A stretch of DNA of 64,000 bases. It comes from Bacteroidales bacterium. Lineage in GTDB: Bacteria; Bacteroidota; Bacteroidia; Bacteroidales; BM520. Below the pieces are notes generated by a model that searched no databases, was not told where the DNA came from, and was given only the letters and a program-made list of their open reading frames with translations. Positions 43,870 to 55,500 of this stretch are shown in pieces; positions within the stretch are counted from its first letter, which is position 1; every line of letters starts with the position of its first letter. The translations under genes and the position numbers were made by a program. The stretch is from assembly GCA_016285515.1 (NCBI GenBank), contig JAEEQW010000006.1, forward strand, positions 78-64,077, given 5' to 3'.

Positions 43870-45990
43870 ATGAAAAAAACTTTACTTTTATGTTTAATAG
43901 CTGTGACTTGCACCGCATTGTCATCATGCAGAAATGAAAACAAAAACGTGGAAACAAACTTATTGCTAAAACCATTCGACACTCCATACGGTGTTCCGCC
44001 TTTCGACAAAATCAAAAACAGTGACTTTCTGCCTGCATTTCAATTTGGCATCGACCAACAAAATGCTGAAATAGAAGCCATTATCAACAATACTGACACT
44101 CCGGATTTTGAAAATACAATCTGGGCTTTCGACAAGTCGGGTGAAGACCTCAACAGAATAACCTCAACTTTCATGGCTCTTTTTGAGAATCATTGCACTC
44201 AAGAAATTCAGCAGCTTGCTGAAACCATATTTCCAATGCTCTCACAACATGAAGACAACATCACCATGAACGACCAACTGTTTCAGAAGATAAAAAGCGT
44301 TTACGACAATCGTGAAAAGCTCAATCTTGACAGTGACCAGATGATGGTAGTCAACAAATATTATGAGGATTTCGTAAGAAATGGTGCCAATTTAAGTGCT
44401 GAAGACAAAGAGCAACTTAAAAAAGTCAACTTACAATTGTCATCACTCTTCCTGAAATTCAGCAGCAACCTTCTTGCAGAGACAAACAATTTCAAACTTT
44501 ATATTGACAATCCTGAAGACCTTTCCGGTCTTTCCAAGGAAATTATCGACCAAGCTGCTCTTGCCGCTGAAAATGACGGAAACAAGGGCAAATGGCTGTT
44601 TTCTCCGACATTCACTTCCATGCTTCCTTTCCTTCAGTTTTCCGACAGAAGAGATTTGAGGGAAAAACTCTATCGCGGTTATTTCATGCGCGGTCTCAAC
44701 AATAACGCCAACGACAATCGCGAGACAGTTGACAGCATCGTCAATCTTCGTGTACGCAAGGCACATCTCCTTGGTTACAATTCATTCGGACAATATCAGA
44801 TTGCAGAAAATATGGCCAAAGATGCAGATGTAGCATATAATTTCATACTTGATATTTACAATCAGGCTCTCAAGGTTGCCAAAAACGAAGTCGTTGAAAT
44901 GCAAAAGATTATCAAAAAAGAAGGTGGCAAATTCAAACTTGCATCCTGGGATTGGTGGTACTATGCGGAGAAGGTCCGCAAAGCCAAATATAACCTTGAC
45001 GAAAACGAACTTAAGCCTTATTTCAAACTCGAAAATGTCAGAGACGGCATGTTTCTTCTGACCAATAAGCTCTATGGCCTTAAATTTGAGAAACTTGAAG
45101 ATATTCCGACTTATTTCCCTGATGTTGAAGTTTTCAAAGTCACCGAAGCCAACAATGACTTAGTTGGTCTCATCTACCTCGACTACTATCCGCGTCCGGA
45201 AAAAGGTCAGGGAGCATGGTGCGAAAGTCTCAGAGTCGGTACTGACGACATCAATGGCAAAAGAGTCTATCCTATTGCCACAATAACATGCAACTTCCCC
45301 AAACCAACAGCAGACGCTCCTTCATTGCTGTCCTTTGACGAGGCCGAAACTCTGTTCCATGAATTTGGTCATGCCGTTCAGAATCTCTTCTCATACAACA
45401 AATATTCACGTATAAGCGGCAATTTCCCTCGCGACATGGTTGAGCTTCCATCACAGATTATGGAAAACTGGTGCAGCGAGCCTGAAATGCTTCGTCTTTA
45501 TGCACGCCATTATCAGACAAATGAAGTCATTCCTGACGAACTTATCAACAAAATCGTAAAAAGCAGCACTTTCAATACAGGCTTCAACACCACAGAACTG
45601 CTTGCCGCTTCACTTCTCGACCTCAAATGGCATGCAAAGACAACTGAAAAGACCGAAGATGTGGTTAAATTCGAAAGTGACTGCATGAAAGAAATCCATC
45701 TGATTGATGAAATCCTGCCACGTTACCGTTCTACTTACTTCAAACATATTTTCGACGGTGACGGCTATGCAGCAGGTTACTATGTCTATACATGGGCTGA
45801 AGTTCTTGACAAGGATGCATTCCAGGCATTCAAGGAAACGGGCGACATATTCAACAAAGAAATAGCAGCCAAATTCCGTAACTATGTATTAACCAACATC
45901 GGACAGGATGAACCAATGGCTCAATACGTCAAATTCAGAGGAAAAGAACCATCCAACGAACCATATTTACGCGCAAGGGGATTAAAATAG
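43870..45990 (+). CDS. dcp: M3 family metallopeptidase, peptidyl-dipeptidase Dcp-like
   Basis: The 706-aa ORF has a lipoprotein-type signal and the zinc motif FHEFGHAV. Its length and layout are typical of Dcp/oligopeptidase A. Confidence 0.85.
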   Translation: MKKTLLLCLIAVTCTALSSCRNENKNVETNLLLKPFDTPYGVPPFDKIKNSDFLPAFQFGIDQQNAEIEAIINNTDTPDFENTIWAFDKSGEDLNRITSTFMALFENHCTQEIQQLAETIFPMLSQHEDNITMNDQLFQKIKSVYDNREKLNLDSDQMMVVNKYYEDFVRNGANLSAEDKEQLKKVNLQLSSLFLKFSSNLLAETNNFKLYIDNPEDLSGLSKEIIDQAALAAENDGNKGKWLFSPTFTSMLPFLQFSDRRDLREKLYRGYFMRGLNNNANDNRETVDSIVNLRVRKAHLLGYNSFGQYQIAENMAKDADVAYNFILDIYNQALKVAKNEVVEMQKIIKKEGGKFKLASWDWWYYAEKVRKAKYNLDENELKPYFKLENVRDGMFLLTNKLYGLKFEKLEDIPTYFPDVEVFKVTEANNDLVGLIYLDYYPRPEKGQGAWCESLRVGTDDINGKRVYPIATITCNFPKPTADAPSLLSFDEAETLFHEFGHAVQNLFSYNKYSRISGNFPRDMVELPSQIMENWCSEPEMLRLYARHYQTNEVIPDELINKIVKSSTFNTGFNTTELLAASLLDLKWHAKTTEKTEDVVKFESDCMKEIHLIDEILPRYRSTYFKHIFDGDGYAAGYYVYTWAEVLDKDAFQAFKETGDIFNKEIAAKFRNYVLTNIGQDEPMAQYVKFRGKEPSNEPYLRARGLK

Positions 45991-45994
45991 CCTT

Positions 45995-46951
45995 ATGACA
46001 ACCAATATCATAATTTCCAATCAAACCAACCCGTACCTCAATTTGGCGGTTGAAAACCACCTGTTGAAAACCAACAACAGGGACACCATTTCCATGTTTC
46101 TATGGAAAAACAGGCATACGGTGGTTATTGGAGCCAATCAGAACCCCTTTTCTGAATGTGATTTAGACAAACTCATCGGTGACGGCGGGTTTCTTGCCCG
46201 CCGCAATACCGGTGGCGGTGCCGTTTATCACGACCTCGGCAACATCAATTTTTCTTTTGTCGCACACCAATCAAACTTCAACATACTCAAACATTTCTCC
46301 GTAATACAGAATGCGCTTCGCGATTATGGATTGGAAACGTCCATTTCCGGTCGCAACGACTTGACTTTCGAGGGCAGGAAATTTTCAGGCAATGCCTTCA
46401 GCAACAGCAAATCAAACTGTCTTCACCATGGAACCCTGCTGATAAAATCTGATATGGAAAAAATAAGCAGATACCTCATCGTCAAACCTGTAAAACTTAT
46501 GAAACACGGTGTCAAGTCAGTTGCCAATCGCATAATCAACCTGTCGGAAGTCGCCAATATCACTTCCGACAACATAATGCCCCATCTTATAGATGCCTTC
46601 GAAAATATCTATGAAAGCAAGGCAAACATCCTTGATTTCGAAGAACTGAGCAATATTCCCGAAGTGCAAAGGACAAGCGACTTATATGGCTCCGAAAAAT
46701 TTCTATACGGAAAATGGCGCAGTTTCAACGCCAATTATTCTTTTCAATATGACTGGGGCAACGTGGAGATAGCCATGACCATAGATGAAAAAAAGGCTGT
46801 CATCACTTCGATTGAAATCGCTTCCGACAGCCTGTATCCTGATGCTATAAATCACACCTGTGAACTTCTCACCGGTGCAAGCATCCTAACCCCACCTTCC
46901 ACCGACAACGCAATAATCAGGGATATTATCAAATCCTTATACGAAAATTAA
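45995..46951 (+). CDS. lplA: Lipoate--protein ligase
   Basis: The motifs RRNTGGGAVYHDLGNINFSF and GRKFSGNAF...HHGTLL are present. Confidence 0.85.
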   Translation: MTTNIIISNQTNPYLNLAVENHLLKTNNRDTISMFLWKNRHTVVIGANQNPFSECDLDKLIGDGGFLARRNTGGGAVYHDLGNINFSFVAHQSNFNILKHFSVIQNALRDYGLETSISGRNDLTFEGRKFSGNAFSNSKSNCLHHGTLLIKSDMEKISRYLIVKPVKLMKHGVKSVANRIINLSEVANITSDNIMPHLIDAFENIYESKANILDFEELSNIPEVQRTSDLYGSEKFLYGKWRSFNANYSFQYDWGNVEIAMTIDEKKAVITSIEIASDSLYPDAINHTCELLTGASILTPPSTDNAIIRDIIKSLYEN

Positions 46952-49420
46952 CTATTTGCGTACCAGTTTATACATAAACGGTTTGGCATTCACGCTCTTG
47001 ACAGACACAATATAAATGCCCGGATTCCATGATGCCACATCTATTTTCTCCTTGTCGGATTCTGCCTGTCTTACCAAAACCTGCTGACCGATAACATCAT
47101 AGACCACAATCTGTTCAAGGTTTTCACCTTTGACGACAAAATATGAATCTGCAGGGTTAGGATAAACCATGATATTATTGGTTATATCCGCAATGCCATC
47201 GAATACTTTTACTTGAGAGTCAATCATTTCCGATTCACAGCCATTAACATTATAATATGCTGTAACACCATAATAATAATTACCGCCAGGAACGTTTCTG
47301 TCAGTATAGGTATTCGAATTTATTGGTGATTCCGTAAGGAGATTGCCATCTCTGTAAATATAATATCTGGCTCCATCGGCAGCCAGATCCCATGTCATGG
47401 TAACCGTATTTGGGACGGTAGCGTCAAGTTCGAGAGAAGAAGGCATAACACAGACAGCATCAACCAAAATCGTTGCCATTTCCGAATAGCAACCATAATT
47501 GTAAACTACCCTTACTCCATATTCCGATTCTTCATCATTCGACTGTATTGAATAAGATGTAATGTTATCCGGCACAGATTCGATAAAATAGCCATCCTGA
47601 TAAATTTGAAAGCCCGTAACTGACTGCACATTAGGTTTGTTCCATGAAAGTATCACATTGTCGGGATTCACCACAGCACTGAGATTACCAACTGGTTCAA
47701 ACAATGAATGGTCGGTATAATTGAAAGTCTGTGAGAAATAGCCGCCACTTACTCCCTCATTATTGTAAGGTGTGACGCTCCAAGTATAACTTCTGTAATC
47801 CAAGTTGTCAACTTCCACTTCATTTTCATCGGTGATAAACTCTCTTGAATAATAGTTGCCACCCTCCATATACGACAATGATAAAAGATAATGGTCACCA
47901 GTTGCGTCCCATGAAAAAGTGACTGTATTGTCGCAATTATCGGTCGCCTTCATGTTAGTGACATTAACATCACATGAGGAAGTAGGAATATTATCAATTA
48001 TCAGACGGCATCCCATTGCACCATAACCGGTTACTGGAACGACATCGTTATTTTCATCAATAAAATATGACATCACATCAGTCTCATCATAGCATAAATC
48101 GGAAGTTCCGGTGATCGGTTCAATCATCAGGAGATAGGTTCCGAATTGTGGAAAGCGGAGATATGGCAGTATAATATTCCCAAAACCGCCAATCATATCA
48201 CTATTTTTGGAGATTTCGTATGTGAAGAATGGAAGTGTCAGGTTAGGTTCAGACCCGTTGAATATATTATCGGCTGTCTGATAAAAATAAAATGAAACCT
48301 TAAATTTGTCCCCAACGTGTGACGATTGTGAGAAAGCAAGCTGTATTCCATTGATTACATGAGTTTTGGATGGGATGGCAAACAGATTGCCTATCATCCC
48401 ACTATTGCTGTAGCCAGCGGAAAACGAGTTAACGGAATCGACAGCGTAGATATTCTCAGTTATGACTTTTATTTCAGAAGCATAATTGTCAGATGGATTC
48501 TGATCAATCGAATCCATAACTATTTCGTAAGATACAAGGTTGGTACCCATCACAAAATTGAGCAAAGAAGGAATGCCTACCACATCAGATGCGGAGCCAG
48601 GGGAGATTTCAACAGGGGTTGTCTGGCCGATAAGAGAATTATTGACAAATGCCTTAAGATAAGCGTTATGGGCAATATTTCTGCCGTTATTATGAATGAT
48701 GCACTGATAGAACGACAATTCAGGAGTAATCTGTTCGAAATACTCTTGAAGTTTGGCATTAAGCGCATCTATCTGAGACAAAGGGATTTGGACAAAGTTG
48801 AAGACTCCATCGAAAGGAATTGTAGGTTCAATGGTGATATCATTATCAAGGTTTGAAATAATTTCAATGCCGTCAACAGCAAATACGCCGCCGTCAAATC
48901 CAGTAACAACCCAGGCGAACCTCATATTTGTTCCCGCATAGCTTGCCAAATCCACGTACCTGTGTTTCCATTGATATCCCGAGAATTGAGGAGTGTTATT
49001 GGCATCCCACATTTGGGTCCAGTTAGTTCCACCATCGTTTGAAATCATGAATTTAATGGTTGCGCCAGGATTTCCACTGCCACCGACAGGTAATTTGCTC
49101 CAATTGAACATCGCATAAAACGACATCAGGGAATTCTGAGGAATATAAATCAATGGTGACACAAGCCATTCATCCTGTTCCGGGCCGCTTTCAGCGACAG
49201 GAACTATAGCGGAGTAAAGACTGTTCTCATCTATTGTTGAGAAATTGACCTCACCATTACCTTGTATCCAAGTGGCCGTACTGTTGGTAGTTGTGATTGT
49301 CCATTCATCAGGAGGAAAAACATAGTCAAATCCTTCGGAAACTACGACAGTCCTGGTATTCTGAGCAAACGTAACTGTTGCAAAGAGAGAAATCAAACTT
49401 AATAATAATATCTTTTTCAT
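46952..49420 (-). CDS. T9SS-sorted surface protein with an N-terminal choice-of-anchor-J/MAM-like domain and Fn3-like repeats
   Basis: I placed the start at MKKILLLSLISLFATVTFAQ (ATG at 49420). The N-terminal sequence is EGFD...PPDEWT...WI...DEWLVSP. The CTD is MVYPNPADSYFVV...VVYDVIGQQV...GIYIVSV. Confidence 0.7.
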   Translation of the reverse strand: MKKILLLSLISLFATVTFAQNTRTVVVSEGFDYVFPPDEWTITTTNSTATWIQGNGEVNFSTIDENSLYSAIVPVAESGPEQDEWLVSPLIYIPQNSLMSFYAMFNWSKLPVGGSGNPGATIKFMISNDGGTNWTQMWDANNTPQFSGYQWKHRYVDLASYAGTNMRFAWVVTGFDGGVFAVDGIEIISNLDNDITIEPTIPFDGVFNFVQIPLSQIDALNAKLQEYFEQITPELSFYQCIIHNNGRNIAHNAYLKAFVNNSLIGQTTPVEISPGSASDVVGIPSLLNFVMGTNLVSYEIVMDSIDQNPSDNYASEIKVITENIYAVDSVNSFSAGYSNSGMIGNLFAIPSKTHVINGIQLAFSQSSHVGDKFKVSFYFYQTADNIFNGSEPNLTLPFFTYEISKNSDMIGGFGNIILPYLRFPQFGTYLLMIEPITGTSDLCYDETDVMSYFIDENNDVVPVTGYGAMGCRLIIDNIPTSSCDVNVTNMKATDNCDNTVTFSWDATGDHYLLSLSYMEGGNYYSREFITDENEVEVDNLDYRSYTWSVTPYNNEGVSGGYFSQTFNYTDHSLFEPVGNLSAVVNPDNVILSWNKPNVQSVTGFQIYQDGYFIESVPDNITSYSIQSNDEESEYGVRVVYNYGCYSEMATILVDAVCVMPSSLELDATVPNTVTMTWDLAADGARYYIYRDGNLLTESPINSNTYTDRNVPGGNYYYGVTAYYNVNGCESEMIDSQVKVFDGIADITNNIMVYPNPADSYFVVKGENLEQIVVYDVIGQQVLVRQAESDKEKIDVASWNPGIYIVSVKSVNAKPFMYKLVRK

Positions 49421-49488
49421 TGATAATTGTAATAAATAATAAACGATTCTACAGCAGTCATTATTATACTTATCCAAAACAAACAGAG

Positions 49489-49516
49489 AAAAAAAAGGGG
49501 AGACTAAAATCCCCCC
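49489..49516 (-). terminator. Rho-independent terminator of the giant gene
   Basis: The minus-strand RNA is GGGGGGA-UUUUAG-UCUCCCC, a 7-bp stem with one G-U pair. A U8 run follows. It lies 25 nt after the stop at 49541. Confidence 0.8.
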
Positions 49517-49540
49517 TTTTTTAATTAATATGTGTTATGA

Positions 49541-52500
49541 TTATTTACTAACGATAACACGTTTCTGAATAGCGTTACCATCATTGTTAATGATGTTGAA
49601 GATATAAACGCCTGATGACATATCAGAAGTGGAAACTGTTATTGAGTTAGCATCCACGCTTATATTTCTTACAACCTGACCAAGACTGTTGTAGATAGTA
49701 ATACTGTTCATGTTTTCACATTCAATAGTTACATCACCAGCAGTTGGGTTAGGATAAACATTAACACTGATGTTGAAATCATCAATACCTGTTTCTACAG
49801 CTACGTTAACTGTGCTTGGCAGTGATTCTGAACCATCAGGGCAAACTTCAGTAACTGTGTAGGAATAAGTACCGGAAGGAATGTTTACATAATCAACATA
49901 GGTTGTACCAGCATATTGTGAAGCGATAAGTTCACCTTGTCTGTAGATGTTATAAACCTGACCATCGATGAAGTCAAGAGGTTTATCCCATGTAAGGGTT
50001 ACATTTGGCTGACCACCAGCATTATCGTATACGGCTCTGAGGTTCTCAACTGGGAATCCGCCGCAAGCGAATGAACCGCTGAATGGGTTGGAGAGATTAG
50101 ATTCAACTCCATCGAAGCATACAACTGAGATATTGTAAACATAATCATCGTAAGAATTGATACCACTATCAACGTAAGTAGGTTGATCAACAGAAGCGAT
50201 CTTCACATTGTTCCTGTAAACATTGTATGTAAATGTACCATTTGTAGGAGCTGTCCAGTATAATGTCACTGTACCATCATTAAAGTTGAAAGCACCATAG
50301 AGGTCTGTAACAGCTGGGCATTCAGGAGCAACGGAGCTCTGGCAATCTGATGCTGAGTAGTAAGCGTAACCATACTGAGCCTTTACACAGTATTCATAGA
50401 TACCGTAATCAGGAGTGTCAGTATAAGTCAGGACTTCAGCAGCAACTGTTGCAACAACTTCGCTGTTTCTTGTGATGACGTAACCTGTCAAATCACCATA
50501 CTTGTCATTAGGAGCACCCCAAGTCATCACAATGTCACCACCATTAGGTACAGCTGTGAAATTCTTAGGAGCGTTAAGAGAAATCTGGAATTCTTCATTT
50601 GCAGGGATTGAAGAGCCTTGAGCATAATTAACTACAACAGTAATTGTCTGAAGGGCAACTTCATCTACTGAGCCGAAGAACTGAGGATCAACAACTGTTA
50701 CAGGATTATCAACAACGCCTGATACTGTGTAAGAAACTGCACCTGGCATTGCTGGCCATGTAGCTAAGAATGACAAGTTTTCATTGTCAACTGAGATATA
50801 AGTTACAGGCGGGAAGATTTCAGCAACAGTGATTGACTTGCAGACTGGTTGTGATACTACATAATTGTTATTTGATGCAAGATAAGAAACTGTAATACAA
50901 TAGTTATAAGTTGTATTGCCATTTTCTATATAATCAGTGTATGTAGTCTCGTTAATATTATAAATGTCAGCGAGATAAGCACCGTTTCTTGTAATTGTGT
51001 AGTAAACGAAGTCATTGTATGTATCAAGAGGAGCATTCCATGTAAGAGTTAATTCTTCGAAATTCTGACTTACATTCAAGTTAGAAATTTCATTAACGTC
51101 ATTAATGAATGTGCTTGAAGTACGATCTGAAGTACCGTATTCGTAAATAGCCTCAACTGAAACAGTGTGAACATCTTCGGTAGCAAGTTTGCAGATATAG
51201 CTCATATCTGATGTCATTCCTACCTTAACATTATCAATGTAAACATTGTAGTATTCAACTGCCAAAGGATAAGCAACCTGCCATGAAACGTCAGCTGTCA
51301 TGTTGACAACGATAGGTTGGTTAAGAATTACAGCTGGGAACATAGCACCCTGTTCGATAGTGATTGGGTGGCAGATTTCATCTGTAGAAACGATACCCTG
51401 AGGACCGTACTCTATAGTGATACAATATGTATATGCGCCAGGAACTGTAAGATAGTCAGTGAATGTGGTGTCATTGATATTATAGATATCGATAGGTGAT
51501 GAACCACCGGTAATATGATATCTGTAGAAGTCATTGAATCTGTCACTTGGACATGGATCCCAAGTTAATTCAACAATATTAAGAGATGGATTAGATACTC
51601 TGAAGTTGTGAATTTCATTGACTTCGATATCAACGTAATCTGTAACAAAATCTGACATACCGTTTGCATAAACTGCAGCTACACCGATTATATAAGTATC
51701 TTCTTCAACGAACTTGATAGTTGCGGTAGTTTCTGTAGTGTTGAGTGTAATGTAAGAATTATTACCCTGAACAGCAGATACGATATAGTATAATGGGTCT
51801 GAACCTGCGGTTGGTACCCAAGTTACAACAGCTGTCAAGTTTTCATGGTCAATATCCATTGAAACTACAGGATACAAACCATCTTCAACGAAGTGAGCTG
51901 TAAATACGCGGTCGTTTGTGATATAGAATGAATATTGAGTGCCGAAAGCAACTACGTTACCGTTTTCATCGGTCCAACTTACGAATTCATAACCGTCATT
52001 AACTGTTGCTGTTAATGTTACAAATTCATTTAAGAGATATGTACCGGCACCAGCTACTGTACCACCTTCTACAGGATCAACGTTTATAGTTACAGTGTGG
52101 TATTCGATAGCGAAGTGAGCTGTAAATGTACGGTCGCTTGTAATATTGAATGAATATTGAGCACCGGAAGCAACTACGTTGCCAGCTTCATCTGTCCAGT
52201 TCACAAATTGGTAATCACCGTTAGGAGTTGCTGTCAATGTTACTAATTCATCTAAGAGATATGTACCAGCACCGGTTACTGTACCACCGTCTGCAGGATC
52301 AACATTCAAAGTTACTGTGTAGTACTCGATAGCGAAGTGAGCTGTAAATGTGCGGTCGCTTGTAATATAGAATGAATATTGAGGACCGAAAGCAACTACG
52401 TTGCCAGCTTCATCTGTCCAGTTCACAAATTGGTAATCACCGTTAGGAGTTGCTGTTAATGTTACCATGTCATTGTAAATATATGTACCAGCACCGGTTA

Positions 52501-55500
52501 CTGTACCACCGTCTGCAGGGTCAACAGTTACAGTTACAGTGTAAGAGTCCATAGCGAAGTGAGCAACAAGAGTTCTGTTTACGGTTGCTATGAATGTGTA
52601 AGTGTCATCAGTTGAAATTTCAGCACCATTTTCTGTCCAGTTAATGAAGTAATATCCAGGGAATGGGTAAGCTATCAAATTAACTGTAGAACCTACGATG
52701 TAAGAACCAGCACCTGAAACAACACCATATTCTTCAGGATCAGCTGAAGCTGTGATAGTGATTGATTCAATGCTGAACTGAGCCATCAACCAAACGTTAT
52801 CATTAACAGTGAAAGAATAAGTTGCATCAGAAGAGATAAGAGCACCAGCTGAATACCAACCATCGAATGAGTAGTTTTCAGCAGGAACAGCTGTCAGGGT
52901 TGCAACGTCACCGCAATTGTAAGGGTTGGAAACACCTGTAATAGTACCGCCCTCTGTTGGGTTGACCCAAGCAGTGACTGTATATGAAGCCTGAGTGAAG
53001 TGTGCAAAAATGGTTATGTCTTCTGCAGCAATGAATGAGTAAGGATTATCGTAACTGAGGATATTACCGTTAGCATCAGCCCAATATTCAAAGGTATAGC
53101 AATCATCTGCAATTGCAAAAAGCTGAACCATATCACCAACATGGTAGAGGCCACCGCCTATAACGATACCGCCTGTTGAATAAGTGGAAACTTCAATGTT
53201 AACCGTTGTTACAGTGAAATTAGCATTTAATACACAATCTTCAACAACTGTGAATGAGAAGGAGTTATCACCTGAAACTATATTACCTTCGTTATTTGTC
53301 CAATAATTGAAAGTATAGCCATCATTTGCAGTAGCTGTAACGGTTGCTATGTCATGCTGTGTATAAACACCACCGCCAGTTACTGTACCAGCTTCTGCTG
53401 GGATAGCATTTACTATAACTGTATATTCTGCTAATTCATCAACTGTGATGAGGCCAGGGAATGGAGCGTATGAATAAAGGATATTACCAACCATACCACT
53501 CAAAACACTGTTTGTGATTGGGAGGAGATAGTAACCTTCTTCTGGAGCTGTTACACCAAATGTGCAAATCACACCGTTTTCACCTGAAATTGCTGTAGGA
53601 GGAATTGAATATCCGAGAATTCTCAGAACATTGTTATCGATAACGCTGGCAACAATATAGAAGTTGCTGTTTGTTCTGTCTGTAACTACAGCTGAACCGT
53701 CAACGTATGTCAGTTCACCGAGTTCGATATCGAACTGGAATCCATAAACATCATCAACAGGATTATTCAAGCTTACTGGAACTGTAATTTCTTCAGTTGC
53801 ATAGCCGAACAGGTTCTGAGGAATTGACAGAGTGTTTACTGATGAGAAGTAAGCTACCAAATCACGGTCTTCTGTAGCTGTGAATGACAATACTGGAGAC
53901 TCTGAAATGGAAATGTTGTTTTCCATCCAGTACATGAATGCATAACCCATAGCAGGAGTTGCTATGAGTGTAACCACGTCACCATAGCTATAAACACCGC
54001 CACCCAATACTGAGCCACCATCAACAGGATCAGCAGCTACTGTAATTGTAACGTCCAGTACGAAGTTAGCGATTAAAGTACGGCTCTCAACTACAACGAA
54101 TGTGTAAGAATTATCTAAACTGATTACATTGTCAAAATCATCTGTCCAATTTACAAATGTGTAACCTTCAGCAGCAGTAGCTGTCAAAGTAACGATATCA
54201 CCAGTCTCATAAACACCGGCACCGGTAATAGTACCACCTTCAGCAGGATTTGCGATTGCATTAATAACATATTCCTGCATTGCACCTACGATAACGAGAC
54301 CTGACAGAGGAGCGTATGAATAAAGGATATTACCTGCTTCATCACTCAAAACGTCATTTGTGATTGGGAGGAGGTAATTACCTTCTGCAGATGGCATTAC
54401 ATCAAATGTGCAGATGTCACCATAAGTTCCTGAAACAGGTGTTGGAGGAATTGAATATCCGAGAACTCTCAGGACATTGCCATCGATAACGGTAGCAACA
54501 ATATAGAAGTTGCTGCTTGTTCTGTCTGCAACTGTAGCTGATCCTTCAACGTATGTCAGATCACCGAGTTCGATATCGAACTGGAAGCCGTAAACATTAT
54601 CGATAGGATTATCGAGATATACAGGGACTGTTACAGGTTTGTCAACATAACCGATGAGGTTGGTTGGTATTGACAAAGTATTTATTGATGAGAAATAAGC
54701 AACTAAATTGAGGTCTTCGACAGCTGTGAATGACCAGAAAGCATCTGTTGAAACAATCTCATTGTCCTTCAGCCACCATCTGAATGCATAACCTTCAGCT
54801 GGGATAGCATTGACAATAACTTCGCTGCCGTATGGATAAACGCCACCGCCTGTTACTGTACCACCTTCTGTAGGATTTGCAGTAACTGTGATGTTGACTG
54901 ATGAGAAATTAGCAACAAATGAATGGTTTGCAGTAGCAACAAATGTCCATGAAGCATCTGTTGTTATTTCTGCACCGTTTTCTGTCCAGTTAATGAATGC
55001 GTAACCTTCAGCAGGGAATGCTGTCATTGTAACAGCAGCACCAATTGCGTAAACGCCAGCACCGGTTACAGTACCACCTTCAGCAGGATTTGCAACAGCT
55101 TCAACAGTAACACCGGAAATAGTGAGAGTACCATCAACTGTAGTAACGTTGTAGAGACCACCATCTACGTTTGACAGAACTGCACCATCAAGTGTCAAAG
55201 GATATACTCCGTTTTCGGCAGCCTGGAACTGGATTAAGCAGACAGGACCGTCAACACCGTCAATTTGTGCTGGTGGAATAGAATAGTCAAGAACTCTCAG
55301 AACATTGTCACTAATAGGCATTGCCATGATAATATGTGAATCGGAAAGTCTGTATGTCTTTTCAATTCCAACATAAGTCAATCCCTCAGGAATAGTTACA
55401 TCAAACTGGAAGCCGTAAACAACATCATTTGTGTTGTGCAAGTTTATTGGAACGTCTGTTACAACACCAGGAAGACCTGTTACACTTTCAACACTGATAA

